Of a stretch of DNA of 49,642 bases, positions 17,645 to 27,411 are shown piece by piece; position 1 is the stretch's first letter, and every line of letters starts with the position of its first letter. Location of the stretch: assembly GCA_017860335.1 (NCBI GenBank), contig JAFNAU010000001.1:1-49642 (forward strand), read 5' to 3'. The notes under the pieces were generated by a model. The model searched no databases. It saw only the letters and a list, made by a program, of their open reading frames with translations, and was not told the origin of the DNA. Made by a program: the position numbers and the translations under genes. The stretch is from Bacteroidota bacterium. GTDB taxonomy: Bacteria; Bacteroidota; Bacteroidia; Bacteroidales; Paludibacteraceae.

Positions 17645-18094
17645 TCAGTTTATTTCGAACAAGGCTTCATCCTGCATAACCGAAGCACCCGGTGTAACGC
17701 ATACTTTCACGACAGTACCGCTTTTTTCGGCCAGGATGTTGTTCTCCATTTTCATAGATTCCATAATCATGAGCACATCACCTTCGTTGAAGGAACTGCC
17801 TGCTTCTACGTTGATTTTTACAACACTACCCGGAAGCGGAGCATTGATAGTTTTCGAACTGGGTTTAGCTGTGATGGGCATTGGAGCCAGTTTTTCAGCA
17901 ACTTTGTTTTCACCCGGTTTGTTTTGTACTTCTTTACGAACCAATATCGGGGTTTTCGGAACTTTTTGTTCCAACTGATGAATCTTTACTTCATAAGGAT
18001 TACCATTAACCTCCAGTTCGGCAATTTCATCATCAATGCCTTTTACGACAACATTATAATCTTTTTCGTTTATTGTAAATTTATATTTTCTCAT
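17645..18094 (-). CDS. mmdC: Biotin carboxyl carrier subunit (MmdC / transcarboxylase 1.3S-like)
   Basis: 149 aa. The C-terminal biotinyl domain carries the canonical ...GDVLMIMESMKMENNILAEKSGTV... (E-S-M-K-M). Confidence 0.88.
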   Translation of the reverse strand: MRKYKFTINEKDYNVVVKGIDDEIAELEVNGNPYEVKIHQLEQKVPKTPILVRKEVQNKPGENKVAEKLAPMPITAKPSSKTINAPLPGSVVKINVEAGSSFNEGDVLMIMESMKMENNILAEKSGTVVKVCVTPGASVMQDEALFEIN

Positions 18095-18131
18095 GGCGAG
18101 TTATTTTTATTTTTAATTTCACATTAATAAA

Positions 18132-18449
18132 TTACCGTTGGAAGTTGTTGATGCTGTAAATCTTGGAACTCCAGGGAGAATAACGTTTCTGAATTCTTTC
18201 GATGGTGATCACATTGCTTTCCAGGTCGTGAACGTTTTGAGTGAGATAAAGATGCAAAGCCAGAAAAGCAGCAACTTCTTCATCATTGCCCGGTACACTC
18301 TCAGCTTTAACTACGTTATCAGCCGCAGGTTGAGCTTTAAATGCCTGTTTTTCTGCCACTGCTTCCTTTTGGCCTTTATTCTTCTTGATTAAAAGAAAAA
18401 TAACTACAACCAGAGCTACGGCTAAAACCGCTATTATTGCAACTAACAT
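18132..18449 (-). CDS. OadG/MmdD-like small membrane-anchor subunit
   Basis: 105 aa with an N-terminal TM helix MLVAIIAVLAVALVVVIFLL. The conserved DEEVAAFLALHLYL...ITIERI..RYSPWSSK motif matches the small protein found between the carboxyltransferase and biotin-carrier genes in Bacteroidales clusters. Confidence 0.7.
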   Translation of the reverse strand: MLVAIIAVLAVALVVVIFLLIKKNKGQKEAVAEKQAFKAQPAADNVVKAESVPGNDEEVAAFLALHLYLTQNVHDLESNVITIERIQKRYSPWSSKIYSINNFQR

Positions 18450-18486
18450 ATTATTTATTATTTGAGTTATTAATGAATATATCAGA

Positions 18487-20046
18487 CTACAAAGGCATAT
18501 TTGAATGTTTACGCGGCGGATTCAGCACTTTCTTGGTCTGCAAAGCTTCAAAAGCACGAATTACGCGGAAACGAGTGTTGCGTGGTTCGATGATATCGTC
18601 AATGTAGCCGTATGCAGCTGCTTCATAAGGATTAGCAAATTTCTCTTTGTATTCGAGTTCCTTTTCAGTAACATATTTTGCTTTTTCGGCTGGATCGGTA
18701 ATACCGGCAATGGTACGTCCTTCGAGTACTTCGATAGCACCTGCTGCACCCATAACTGCAATTTCGGCTGTTGGCCATGCATAGTTAAAGTCACCGCGGA
18801 GTTGCTTGCAACTCATCACATCGTGAGCACCGCCGTACGATTTACGGATAGTAACTGTAACTTTCGGAATGGTAGCTTCGCCATAAGCAAACAACAGTTT
18901 AGCTCCGTTGGTGATGATACCTGCATATTCCTGACCAGAGCCAGGAAGGAAGCCGGGAACGTCGACAAGAGTAAGAATCGGAATGTTGAAAGCATCGCAG
19001 AAACGAACGAAACGGGCAGCCTTGCGTGAAGCATCCACATCAAGCACACCTGCGAGGAAGTTAGGCTGGTTGGCTACAATGCCTGTTGATGCACCGTTGA
19101 AACGGGCAAAACCTATGATGATGTTACGGGCATAATGACGGTGAACTTCGAGGAATTCGCCATTGTCAACGATACTGTGAATGACATCCTTCATGTCGTA
19201 AGGATGATTCGGATTGTCGGGGATAATGCTGTTGAGTGAATCTTCCAGACGGTCAATCGGGTCATTGGTAGGATATACTGGTGGTTCTTCCAGGTTGTTT
19301 TGTGGCATGTATGAGATCAGTTTGCGGATCAGCATGGCTCCTTCCTGTTCGTCCACAAGTTTGAAGTGCGTAACACCCGATTTGCGTGCGTGTACATCAG
19401 CTCCACCTAAATCTTCGGTTGAAATATCTTCACCGGTAACAGATTTAACTACTTTAGGACCTGTAACGAACATGTAGCTGTTGTCTTCGGTCATCAGGAT
19501 AAAGTCGGTGAGAGCCGGTGAATAAACTGCACCCCCTGCGCAGGGACCATAAATCGCTGAGATTTGAGGAACAACTCCCGAAGCAAGAATGTTGCGTTGG
19601 AAGATTTCGGCATAGCCAGCCAAAGAAGTAACACCTTCCTGAATACGTGCGCCACCCGAGTCATTAATACCAATAACAGGAGCACCCATTTTCATGGCCA
19701 TATCCATCACTTTACATATTTTTTGAGCCATGGTTTCGGAAAGGGAACCTCCGAATACGGTGAAATCCTGAGCAAAAACAAAAACAATACGTCCGTCGAT
19801 TGTTCCGTGACCGGTTACTACACCATCACCCATATATTTTTCTTTTTCGAGGCCGAAGTTTGTGCAACGATGCGTTACAAACATGTCGAGTTCTTCGAAA
19901 CTTCCATCGTCGAGTAGCATATCAATTCGTTCGCGTGCTGTCAGTTTGCCTTTTTTGTGCTGCGAATCAATTCTTTTTTCGCCTCCGCCCAGTTTGGCCT
20001 GCACACGTTTGTCAATAAGGTCTTGAACCTTTTCCTGGTTTTTCAT
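18487..20046 (-). CDS. mmdA: Methylmalonyl-CoA carboxyltransferase (MmdA / 12S / propionyl-CoA carboxylase beta-type)
   Basis: 519 aa with full-length similarity to acyl-CoA carboxyltransferases, including ...[22 protein letters not shown]..., ...[14 protein letters not shown]..., ...[13 protein letters not shown]..., ...[16 protein letters not shown]... Confidence 0.93.
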   Translation of the reverse strand: MKNQEKVQDLIDKRVQAKLGGGEKRIDSQHKKGKLTARERIDMLLDDGSFEELDMFVTHRCTNFGLEKEKYMGDGVVTGHGTIDGRIVFVFAQDFTVFGGSLSETMAQKICKVMDMAMKMGAPVIGINDSGGARIQEGVTSLAGYAEIFQRNILASGVVPQISAIYGPCAGGAVYSPALTDFILMTEDNSYMFVTGPKVVKSVTGEDISTEDLGGADVHARKSGVTHFKLVDEQEGAMLIRKLISYMPQNNLEEPPVYPTNDPIDRLEDSLNSIIPDNPNHPYDMKDVIHSIVDNGEFLEVHRHYARNIIIGFARFNGASTGIVANQPNFLAGVLDVDASRKAARFVRFCDAFNIPILTLVDVPGFLPGSGQEYAGIITNGAKLLFAYGEATIPKVTVTIRKSYGGAHDVMSCKQLRGDFNYAWPTAEIAVMGAAGAIEVLEGRTIAGITDPAEKAKYVTEKELEYKEKFANPYEAAAYGYIDDIIEPRNTRFRVIRAFEALQTKKVLNPPRKHSNMPL

Positions 20047-20097
20047 GTGTTTTGTTATTTAAATATTTGTTATTTTGTTTTTTTTATGATAATCCAT

Positions 20098-20529
20098 TTA
20101 GCAACAAGGGCTTTCAGAAGTTTTGTTGGGGTTTTCGCACAGTTCGGTAAGAACTCCGATAGTTGATTTAGGATGCAAAAATGCAATATTCAGTCCTTCA
20201 GCGCCTTTACGCGGGTTGGCATCGATCAGGCGAATTCCTTTTTCTTCAGCTTCTTTCAATGCATCAGCCAGTCCTTCAACGGCAAAAGCTAAATGATGAA
20301 TGCCTTCTCCTCTTTTTTCAATGAACTTACCAACAGCGCCTTCGGGGTCAGTTGATTCAAGTAGTTCGATTTTGGTTTGTCCTACCTGCAAAAAAGCAGT
20401 TTTTACTTTTTGGTCAGCTACTTCTTCTACGGCGTAGCATTTCAGACCCAGGATGTTCTCGTAAAATGGCAATGCCTCTTCAATGCTGTTCACAGCAATA
20501 CCTAAATGCTCGATATGAGTTACTTTCAT
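20098..20529 (-). CDS. mce: Methylmalonyl-CoA epimerase (VOC/glyoxalase fold)
   Basis: 143 aa: ...HIEHLGIAV.SIEEALPFYENILGL......EVADQKVKTAFL..G.TKIELLE......G.FIEKRGEGIHHLAF.V... It is the first gene of the cluster. Confidence 0.88.
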   Translation of the reverse strand: MKVTHIEHLGIAVNSIEEALPFYENILGLKCYAVEEVADQKVKTAFLQVGQTKIELLESTDPEGAVGKFIEKRGEGIHHLAFAVEGLADALKEAEEKGIRLIDANPRKGAEGLNIAFLHPKSTIGVLTELCENPNKTSESPCC

Positions 20530-20611
20530 AAGGCAAAAATATTTAATTTTAATTAATAATTAACAGAAAAAACAATTAAATACAGAAAAAATTCAGTATT
20601 TAATTGCCCCG

Positions 20612-20619
20612 CAAATTTA
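20612..20619 (-). promoter_or_regulatory. -7 promoter box for the mce-mmdA-mmdD-mmdC operon
   Basis: TAAATTTG on the minus strand, ~83 nt upstream of the ATG at 20529. Confidence 0.6.
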
Positions 20620-20733
20620 CTAAATATTATTTACATACGTGGTCAATGATTGACTTAAATTTTTGAGATTCTATGCAAATAATATTACTGATTTTGATTT
20701 GCTGAAATCGATGAATGATGAAAGTGCAAGGTG

Positions 20734-20781
20734 GGAAAAAAGCATCAGTGACAACATAAATATAATTATTTGTTGTCACTG
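20734..20781 (-). terminator. Terminator after sufE
   Basis: Perfect 11-bp stem CAGTGACAACA / TGTTGTCACTG (20746-20756 / 20771-20781) with a 14-nt loop. On the minus strand it is followed by ATGC and T6. Confidence 0.7.
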
Positions 20782-20868
20782 TTGTTGTGTTAAAAGAAAT
20801 ATATGCTGAAGGATGTTTTTTCTTTTGCCGTTCAAAATTTCTTACAAGTCTTCCGGAAAAGATGCAGA

Positions 20869-21291
20869 TCAGCCCATTTTGGCTTTGAAGGCAAGTGCGT
20901 AAAGTTTCATTTGTTTCACCATGGCCAGCAGTCCGTTGGAACGGGTGGGAGAGAGGTGCTCTTTGAGACCGATCTTTTCGATGAAATAGAGGTCGGTGTC
21001 AAGTATTTCCCCGGGTGTATGGTCCGAAAGCACCTGAATAAGCATGGATACAATGCCTTTGACAAGTACGGCATCGCTTTCGCCCTGGAAAACAACTTTA
21101 CCGTCAATCAGTTCGGCGTTTAACCATACGCGACTCTGACATCCTTCAATGATGTTTTGAGGTATTTTATATTTATCATCCAGTGGTTGCAGTGTGTTGC
21201 CCAGGTCAATCAGCAGGGCGTATTTATCCATCCAGTCGTCAAACTGGTTGAATTCTTCTATAATTTCGTTTTGAATTTCGTTTATTGTCAT
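20869..21291 (-). CDS. sufE: Cysteine desulfuration protein SufE
   Basis: 140 aa with the SufE motif ...IEGCQSRVWL... and the conserved C-terminal ...LSP.RSNGL.AM... Confidence 0.9.
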   Translation of the reverse strand: MTINEIQNEIIEEFNQFDDWMDKYALLIDLGNTLQPLDDKYKIPQNIIEGCQSRVWLNAELIDGKVVFQGESDAVLVKGIVSMLIQVLSDHTPGEILDTDLYFIEKIGLKEHLSPTRSNGLLAMVKQMKLYALAFKAKMG

Positions 21292-21438
21292 GTAAGTAAG
21301 TTGCCCCCGAACCCCATAAAGGGTAATCCTTGAGCGTGTTATAAGTTTATATTAGTTAGATAAATTGATATTAATAAAATCCGCCATACTATTCAGATTA
21401 CTGTGTGCATATATTTCCCCCTTCAGTGGGTTAAGGGG

Positions 21439-22662
21439 TTATCCCAGCATTCCAATAACCCGCTTTAACGCTGCAATAAATATATCCACTTCTTCTTTCG
21501 TATTATAAAAAGAGAACGATGCACGTACTGTTCCCGGTATCCCGAGGTGGTCGATGAGCGGCTGAGCACAATGATGACCGGTACGCACAGCTATTCCCAG
21601 CTTATCGAGCAGCATGCCAATATCGTAGGGATGAATATTCCCCACTAAAAAGGAAATGACAGCGCTTTTATGTTCCGATGTTCCGAATATCCGCATTCCT
21701 TCAATCTTCATCAGCTCTGCGGTTGCATAAGCGGTCAGTTCATTTTCGTATGCGGCAATCTTCTGTATTCCGATGTTTTCCACATATTTAAGCGCTTCAG
21801 CCAGTGCCGTAGATCCGATGTAGTCGGGTGTGCCGGCTTCGAATTTGAAAGGCAGCTCATTGTACGTGGTTTTTTCGAATGTCACGGTTTGAATCATCTC
21901 GCCACCTCCCTGATAAGGTGGTATTCGTTCGAGCCATTCCCGTTTGCCGTAAAGTACGCCAATGCCGGTGGGGGTATAAATTTTATGTCCCGAAAATACA
22001 TAGAAGTCGGCATCCAGCTCCTGCACATCAACCTGAATGTGCGGCACAGCCTGTGCACCGTCGATTAGCACCGGAATATTGCGCTGATGAGCGGTTTGGA
22101 TTATTTCTTTTACCGGATTGACAGTGCCGAGTACATTGGATACCTGTGTTACTGCAACCAGCCGGGTATTTTCATTTATTAATTCCCCGAAAACATCCAG
22201 TCTCAGTTCGCCTTTTTCATTGATGGGAATAACGCGGAGTCTCATCCCTTTTCGTTCGCAGAGCATTTGCCAGGGAACAATATTGGAATGATGTTCCATC
22301 ATCGAAATGATGATTTCATCGCCTGCCCGGCAGCAACATTCGCCAAACGAAAATGCCACAAGATTGATGGCTTCGGTAGTTCCGCGGGTAAATATAACCT
22401 CGCTGGAAGAGGTCGCGTTGATGAAATGGGCTACATACTTGCGTGCTTCTTCGTGTGCTTCGGTGGCTTTCTGGCTCAGGTAGTGCACGCCGCGATGGAT
22501 ATTAGCGTTCAGATGTTTGTATCCGTAATTTATCCGGTCAAGCACAGCCTGTGGCTTCTGCGTGGTCGCCGCGTTGTCGAAATAGATGAGTGGCTTGTTG
22601 TAAACCTGTTCCGTTAAAATCGGAAAATCAGCCCTTATGTTGTTTATTTCCTGTTCAGTCAT
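21439..22662 (-). CDS. sufS: Cysteine desulfurase SufS (group II, PLP-dependent)
   Basis: 407 aa: ...IYFDNAATTQKP..., PLP-lysine context FSGHKIYTPTGIGVLYGK, active-site loop RTGHHCAQP. Confidence 0.93.
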   Translation of the reverse strand: MTEQEINNIRADFPILTEQVYNKPLIYFDNAATTQKPQAVLDRINYGYKHLNANIHRGVHYLSQKATEAHEEARKYVAHFINATSSSEVIFTRGTTEAINLVAFSFGECCCRAGDEIIISMMEHHSNIVPWQMLCERKGMRLRVIPINEKGELRLDVFGELINENTRLVAVTQVSNVLGTVNPVKEIIQTAHQRNIPVLIDGAQAVPHIQVDVQELDADFYVFSGHKIYTPTGIGVLYGKREWLERIPPYQGGGEMIQTVTFEKTTYNELPFKFEAGTPDYIGSTALAEALKYVENIGIQKIAAYENELTAYATAELMKIEGMRIFGTSEHKSAVISFLVGNIHPYDIGMLLDKLGIAVRTGHHCAQPLIDHLGIPGTVRASFSFYNTKEEVDIFIAALKRVIGMLG

Positions 22663-22867
22663 GCTTGAGAAAAATGACAGTGAGTGTATTTATTGGCAAA
22701 ATTAATACTTTTTTCTGATATAACTTTATTGTGTGTAAGGTCGCTGATAAAGAATAGATTAACGTTTTGCTCTCGCTTTGTTGAAATATTGAATTCATTT
22801 AAGGAAGAACAGCTTGTAAAACATTCATTCAGTTTTCTTTGAGTTGAATATCAATGAATTTTTACCG

Positions 22868-22901
22868 AAAATATATACTGAGAAAAAGGTGTTTTTCTCA
22901 G
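22868..22901 (-). terminator. Terminator after the aldo/keto reductase gene
   Basis: CTGAGAAAAA-GGTG-TTTTTCTCAG hairpin directly after the stop, with a T-rich tract following on the minus strand. Confidence 0.7.
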
Positions 22902-22903
22902 GC

Positions 22904-23836
22904 TTATTCATCCCATATCGATTCGAGCGTGTAAGGTCCGCCCGGAAATACCGCAAACATGGCTTTCGCGTTGCGGTGGTTGCGGTTAAGCGTCAGAATG
23001 CTTTCCATATCTTTATCATCGAGCTGAATTTTCTCTGTGCCAATATTCTCATGTATTCGTTTGTAATTCACTGATTTGGGAATAACAGCTGTGCTGCGCT
23101 GGATGCCCCAGGCAAGTGCAACCTGCGCTTCTGTGCAGTGATGTTTACGGGCAATTTCTTTAATGACGGGATGAAGCAAAATGGAATTTTCGTTATCGGT
23201 CAGGTGATGGCTGCCGAGCGGAGAATAGGCAGTAACGAGGATGCTGTTGTCCTGACAAAACCTGACCAGCTCGTTTTGCTGCAGGTAGGGATGAAGTTCA
23301 ATCTGGTTAACTTCGGGTTTTATTTCTGAGTTTGCTATCAGATCTTTTAGTTTGGGAATGTTGAAATTGGAAACTCCTATATGTTTTGTTAATCCCGATT
23401 TTTTTACTGCCTCCATACTTTTCCAGGTCGATGTGAGCGGTATTTCTTCCAGAGAAACAAGGTCGCCGGTACTCCGGGCCTGTTCCTGTCGGAAGGCCAG
23501 CGGCCAGTGGATGAGGTACAAGTCCAGATAATCGAGTTTCAGATTTTCGAGAGATATCCTGATGGCTTTTTCCACATCCTGTGGCGCATGGAAATTGTTC
23601 CAGAGCTTGGAGGTGATAAACATCTCCTCACGGCTAACCAGTCCGGTAGAAAATGCATGCTGAAGGGCTTCTCCTATTTCTTTTTCATTTTTATAAATGT
23701 ACGCGCAATCAATATGTCTGTATCCTGCGCCGATTGCTTCGATTACGGCGTCGTAAACTTCAGTGGTTTTTGACAACCAGGTGCCCAGTCCGATTTGCGG
23801 GAAACGGTCGCCGTTCATAAAATGCATTTTTTTCAT
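22904..23836 (-). CDS. Aldo/keto reductase (DkgA-like)
   Basis: 310 aa: ...PQIGLGTW......V..AI.AGYRHIDCAYIYKNEKEIG..., ...LDYLDLYLIHWP..., ...IGVSNF..., ...VIPKS....RI.EN. Confidence 0.9.
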   Translation of the reverse strand: MKKMHFMNGDRFPQIGLGTWLSKTTEVYDAVIEAIGAGYRHIDCAYIYKNEKEIGEALQHAFSTGLVSREEMFITSKLWNNFHAPQDVEKAIRISLENLKLDYLDLYLIHWPLAFRQEQARSTGDLVSLEEIPLTSTWKSMEAVKKSGLTKHIGVSNFNIPKLKDLIANSEIKPEVNQIELHPYLQQNELVRFCQDNSILVTAYSPLGSHHLTDNENSILLHPVIKEIARKHHCTEAQVALAWGIQRSTAVIPKSVNYKRIHENIGTEKIQLDDKDMESILTLNRNHRNAKAMFAVFPGGPYTLESIWDE

Positions 23837-23889
23837 GTTGTTGAGAATTTATTCTTCAATGGATATAACGTAATGCTGGATTAGAACTA

Positions 23890-23897
23890 CAAATGTA
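23890..23897 (-). promoter_or_regulatory. -7 promoter box (aldo/keto reductase)
   Basis: TACATTTG on the minus strand, 54 nt upstream of the ATG at 23836. Confidence 0.55.
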
Positions 23898-23986
23898 CAA
23901 TAATAAATTAAGTATTATTGATATACAATGATTATCAGTCTTGTGTCTGAAAAAAATACAGAATTTGTTTTCAACAATATAATTTC

Positions 23987-23994
23987 TAAATTTG
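23987..23994 (+). promoter_or_regulatory. -7 promoter box with -33 TTTG (hexosaminidase)
   Basis: TAAATTTG at 23987-23994, with TTTG at 23964-23967. It lies 54 nt upstream of the ATG at 24048. Confidence 0.6.
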
Positions 23995-24047
23995 TACATT
24001 TATTTTCATCTCATTTACGATCAATCATAACACTTAATCTACATAAT

Positions 24048-25949
24048 ATGAAGAAACTATTTTTATCCTTCACTCTTTTTTTATTCGGATCATCTGTGTT
24101 CAATCAGACATCAGCCGGTAAATTCTATATTATTCCCGAGCCTGTAGCCCAGGCTGAGAAGCCGGGAAATTTTACCTTGCCTAAGAATGTAAATATTCTT
24201 CGTCCGGCTGGTAATGAAAATGACATAACTGTCAATTTTCTGAAAGAAAAATTATCCAAAGCCACCGGCAGTAAAGTTACGGTAAGATCGTCCGGTAAAT
24301 CGGATATTCAATTGATCTTGAATAAGGCAAACGACACGATGATAGGTGAAGAAGGATATATCTTATCGGTCAGATCTAAAAAAATCACTATCAGGGCTAA
24401 TAAACCGTCAGGATTATTTTATGGTGCACAGACCTTGATTCAACTTTTTCCGGCTCAAATAGAAAGTGAAGAAGTGGTGAATAACGTTGAATGGAAAATA
24501 CCCGCTGTAGAAATTGGTGATTACCCCCGTGTAGCTTGGCGCGGTCTGATGCTGGATGTTTCACGGCATTTCTTCACTGTCGATGAAGTTAAGCAGTATA
24601 TTGATGCTATGGTTCGCTACAAGTACAATATGCTTCACTGGCATCTGACCGACGACGAAGGGTGGCGGATTGAGATAAAATCACTGCCGAAACTAACAGA
24701 AATAGGTGCGTGGCGGGTAGAAAAAGTCGGTAATTTTGGTGAATTTTCGGCTCCACTGCCCAATGAACCTAAAACTTACGGTGGTTTTTATACTCAGGAA
24801 CAGATTCGTGAAATTGTTCGGTATGCAGCAGATCGCTTTGTTAATATCATACCTGAAATCGATGTACCCGGACATAGCCTCGCTGCCATTGCTTCGTATC
24901 CCGAGCTTTCATGTACCGAAGGTGCCGACAAGTATAATGTTCGTGCCGGTGAACCGTTTATGGACTGGTCACATGGAGCACCACCCATTGCCTTCATTGA
25001 CAACACCTTGTGTCCGGCTAACGAAAAAGTTTATGATTTTATGGATAAAGTGATGACTGAGGTGGCACAATTATTTCCGTATCCGTATATTCACGTTGGC
25101 GGTGATGAAGCGCCTCACAATTTCTGGCAAAAAAGTCCACAGGTGCAGGAACTGATGAAACGAGAGGGACTGACAACAATTCCTCAGGTTCAGTCGTATT
25201 TCGAGAAAAGACTTGAAAAAATCGTTCAGGCTAAAGGCAAAAAAATGATGGGCTGGGACGAAATTCTGGAGGGTGGTATTACACCCACTACTGCTCTGAT
25301 GAGCTGGCGCGGAAATAAGTATGGAATTGAAGCCTCCCGTTCCGGGCATTATGTGGTAATGAGCCCCACCACTTTTGCATACATTGATTATATGCAGGGG
25401 GATGTATGTACCGAACCGCCGGTTTACAGTTCGCTCCGCTTGAATAAAGCCTATCAGTTTGATCCTGTACCACCCGAAGCCGATGCAAATTATATTTTGG
25501 GCGGGCAGGCCAATCTCTGGACAGAACAGGTTTACAATATCCGTCAGGCTGAATACATGACCTGGCCACGTGGTTTTGCCATTGCCGAATCGCTTTGGTC
25601 TCCCAAAGACAAGAAAAACTGGGAGAACTTCGTTGGCAAAACCGAAAATCATTTTCAGCGGCTGGATTATGCCGAAACCAAGTATTCACCGGCCATATAC
25701 GATCCCATTGTTAATGTGATGAAAAAGGATGATAAATACTACGTAGAACTGACAACTGAAATTGGCGGGTTGGATATTTACACCAGTTTCGATAATTCTA
25801 CCCCTGACCGTTTCTATCCGCGCTACACAGAACTCTTGTTGGTGCCCAAAGATGCCCGGTTGGTGAAGATAATAACCTACAGAGGCAAAGTTCCCGTAGG
25901 AAGACTGATGACCATACCGGTAGATGACCTAAAAAATCGTGCAAAATAA
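24048..25949 (+). CDS. Beta-N-acetylhexosaminidase (GH20), secreted
   Basis: I prefer the start at MKKLFLSFTLFLFGSSVFNQ (signal peptide). The GH20 core is ...WRGLMLDVSRHFF....K..ID.M..YKYN.LHWHLTDDEGWRIEI... and HVGGDE. Confidence 0.9.
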   Translation: MKKLFLSFTLFLFGSSVFNQTSAGKFYIIPEPVAQAEKPGNFTLPKNVNILRPAGNENDITVNFLKEKLSKATGSKVTVRSSGKSDIQLILNKANDTMIGEEGYILSVRSKKITIRANKPSGLFYGAQTLIQLFPAQIESEEVVNNVEWKIPAVEIGDYPRVAWRGLMLDVSRHFFTVDEVKQYIDAMVRYKYNMLHWHLTDDEGWRIEIKSLPKLTEIGAWRVEKVGNFGEFSAPLPNEPKTYGGFYTQEQIREIVRYAADRFVNIIPEIDVPGHSLAAIASYPELSCTEGADKYNVRAGEPFMDWSHGAPPIAFIDNTLCPANEKVYDFMDKVMTEVAQLFPYPYIHVGGDEAPHNFWQKSPQVQELMKREGLTTIPQVQSYFEKRLEKIVQAKGKKMMGWDEILEGGITPTTALMSWRGNKYGIEASRSGHYVVMSPTTFAYIDYMQGDVCTEPPVYSSLRLNKAYQFDPVPPEADANYILGGQANLWTEQVYNIRQAEYMTWPRGFAIAESLWSPKDKKNWENFVGKTENHFQRLDYAETKYSPAIYDPIVNVMKKDDKYYVELTTEIGGLDIYTSFDNSTPDRFYPRYTELLLVPKDARLVKIITYRGKVPVGRLMTIPVDDLKNRAK

Positions 25950-25960
25950 TTTTATGATTG

Positions 25961-25997
25961 AACAGACGAAATTTTACAATTTCGTCTGTTTTTTTAT
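25961..25997. terminator. Bidirectional terminator between convergent genes
   Basis: Perfect 13-bp stem AACAGACGAAATT / AATTTCGTCTGTT with a TTACA loop and a T-run. It overlaps the stop of the acyltransferase gene. Confidence 0.85.
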
Positions 25998-27163
25998 CGG
26001 ATAGTGACTTTTTTCCGGATGATTATTTTGTTCTTTAATTTCAGGAAGAAATCTTCAAAGTAACGTTTTGAAATAGCAGAAACACCCACTACGACAATTA
26101 AAGTCACAGGATAATACAGCAGTGAACCTGTCAGCAGATCCAGTTTAGAGAGTTGTTTTTGCAGAACCAGCATCAATCCAAAGATTATTGGCATGTGATA
26201 CATATAGATACCGTACGAGATTTCGCCCAGGTAAGAAAAAAACCGGTTGCGCAGTTTGAAGATACTGTGATCAATGAGCGAAACGCCAATGATGAGGTAC
26301 AAAAACAAAAAACAGATAAAAAGCTGCGAAAAAACAGGCGTTTTAAAGAATATATTCCAAACGGAATTGTCGATATTGCGATTGAAAACAAGAAATATAA
26401 CCAGCAAACTATATATCGCTATCTGAACGGGGATTTTATATATTTTAAGTCCCGACAGTGGACGGTTGCGGTTAAAGATAAAATATGCTCCCAGACCACC
26501 TACAGCCATTGCTTCAAACTGAAATATATCCACGAGATAAGAAAATAAATTATTTTCCACGAAGTTAAGGCTGGTGATAATCAAAAATGATTTGATCACA
26601 ATGATCGAAATCAATATCAACAGCAAATATTTTTTTGCAAATTTAAAGAGGGGCGCCCAGATCAGATAAAAAACTTCCTCTATACCGATGGACCAGAGAG
26701 GCTCGAGTAAATGATGCCCAAAATAGTAAGTAACCAGCCCGGGAAGAAAAAACAGGAAGTAATGCCAGGATTGTTCGAAAGTATAAGGCATTACATAATT
26801 CAGTCCGAAAATATAGATAAGAGCTGGTAAAAGCAGGGTGCCGAAAACAACAAGCAGAAAGTACAATGGCCATATTCGCAGAACTCTTTTCAGGTAGAAT
26901 CGTTTGATACTTACGATTCCGTTCTGTCCGTTTTCTTTCAGCAGCAAATAGGTGATTAAAAATCCGCTTAGCACAAAAAAGAAGGTAACGGCGATACTGC
27001 CATCCTTGAAAAGTCCGAGCCAGTTCAGGTTTGGTAATCCGTTTTTGGAGCGGATCGTTTCGGAATGATGCAGAACTACCAGGAGTGCAGCAAAAAAACG
27101 AAGCGAATTTAATCCGTTGAAGAAAGAAATATTTTTATAGTTTGTCATTTGTTTTGCTTGCAT
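25994..27163 (-). CDS. Acyltransferase family 3 (OafA-like) integral membrane protein
   Basis: 389 aa with about 10 TM segments. The N-terminal motif ...FFNGLNSLRFFAALLVVLHHS... is characteristic of Acyl_transf_3. Confidence 0.8.
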   Translation of the reverse strand: MQAKQMTNYKNISFFNGLNSLRFFAALLVVLHHSETIRSKNGLPNLNWLGLFKDGSIAVTFFFVLSGFLITYLLLKENGQNGIVSIKRFYLKRVLRIWPLYFLLVVFGTLLLPALIYIFGLNYVMPYTFEQSWHYFLFFLPGLVTYYFGHHLLEPLWSIGIEEVFYLIWAPLFKFAKKYLLLILISIIVIKSFLIITSLNFVENNLFSYLVDIFQFEAMAVGGLGAYFIFNRNRPLSGLKIYKIPVQIAIYSLLVIFLVFNRNIDNSVWNIFFKTPVFSQLFICFLFLYLIIGVSLIDHSIFKLRNRFFSYLGEISYGIYMYHMPIIFGLMLVLQKQLSKLDLLTGSLLYYPVTLIVVVGVSAISKRYFEDFFLKLKNKIIIRKKVTIR

Positions 27164-27356
27164 CCTGTTCAGCCCGCAAAATTAACCAATTCTACAAATA
27201 AATGAGATGGAACAATGAAAAATTCCGGTGAATTTTCTATTGATATTCTTTTTGTTGATGTACAAATCTTTCAATACCTTTATTCAAGCCGTAACAGGAA
27301 GATGTAATTTATGAAAATTAACCAATCGTGACGGTAGCAAAACAGAAAAAATGTAG

Positions 27357-27364
27357 TACTTTTG
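27357..27364 (+). promoter_or_regulatory. -7 promoter box (yfhO-like gene)
   Basis: TACTTTTG lies 48 nt upstream of the ATG at 27412. Confidence 0.55.
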
Positions 27365-27411
27365 TGTGATTTTCCCCAAAAACTGTTTTTTCAATACAGA
27401 ACTGTAGACGT

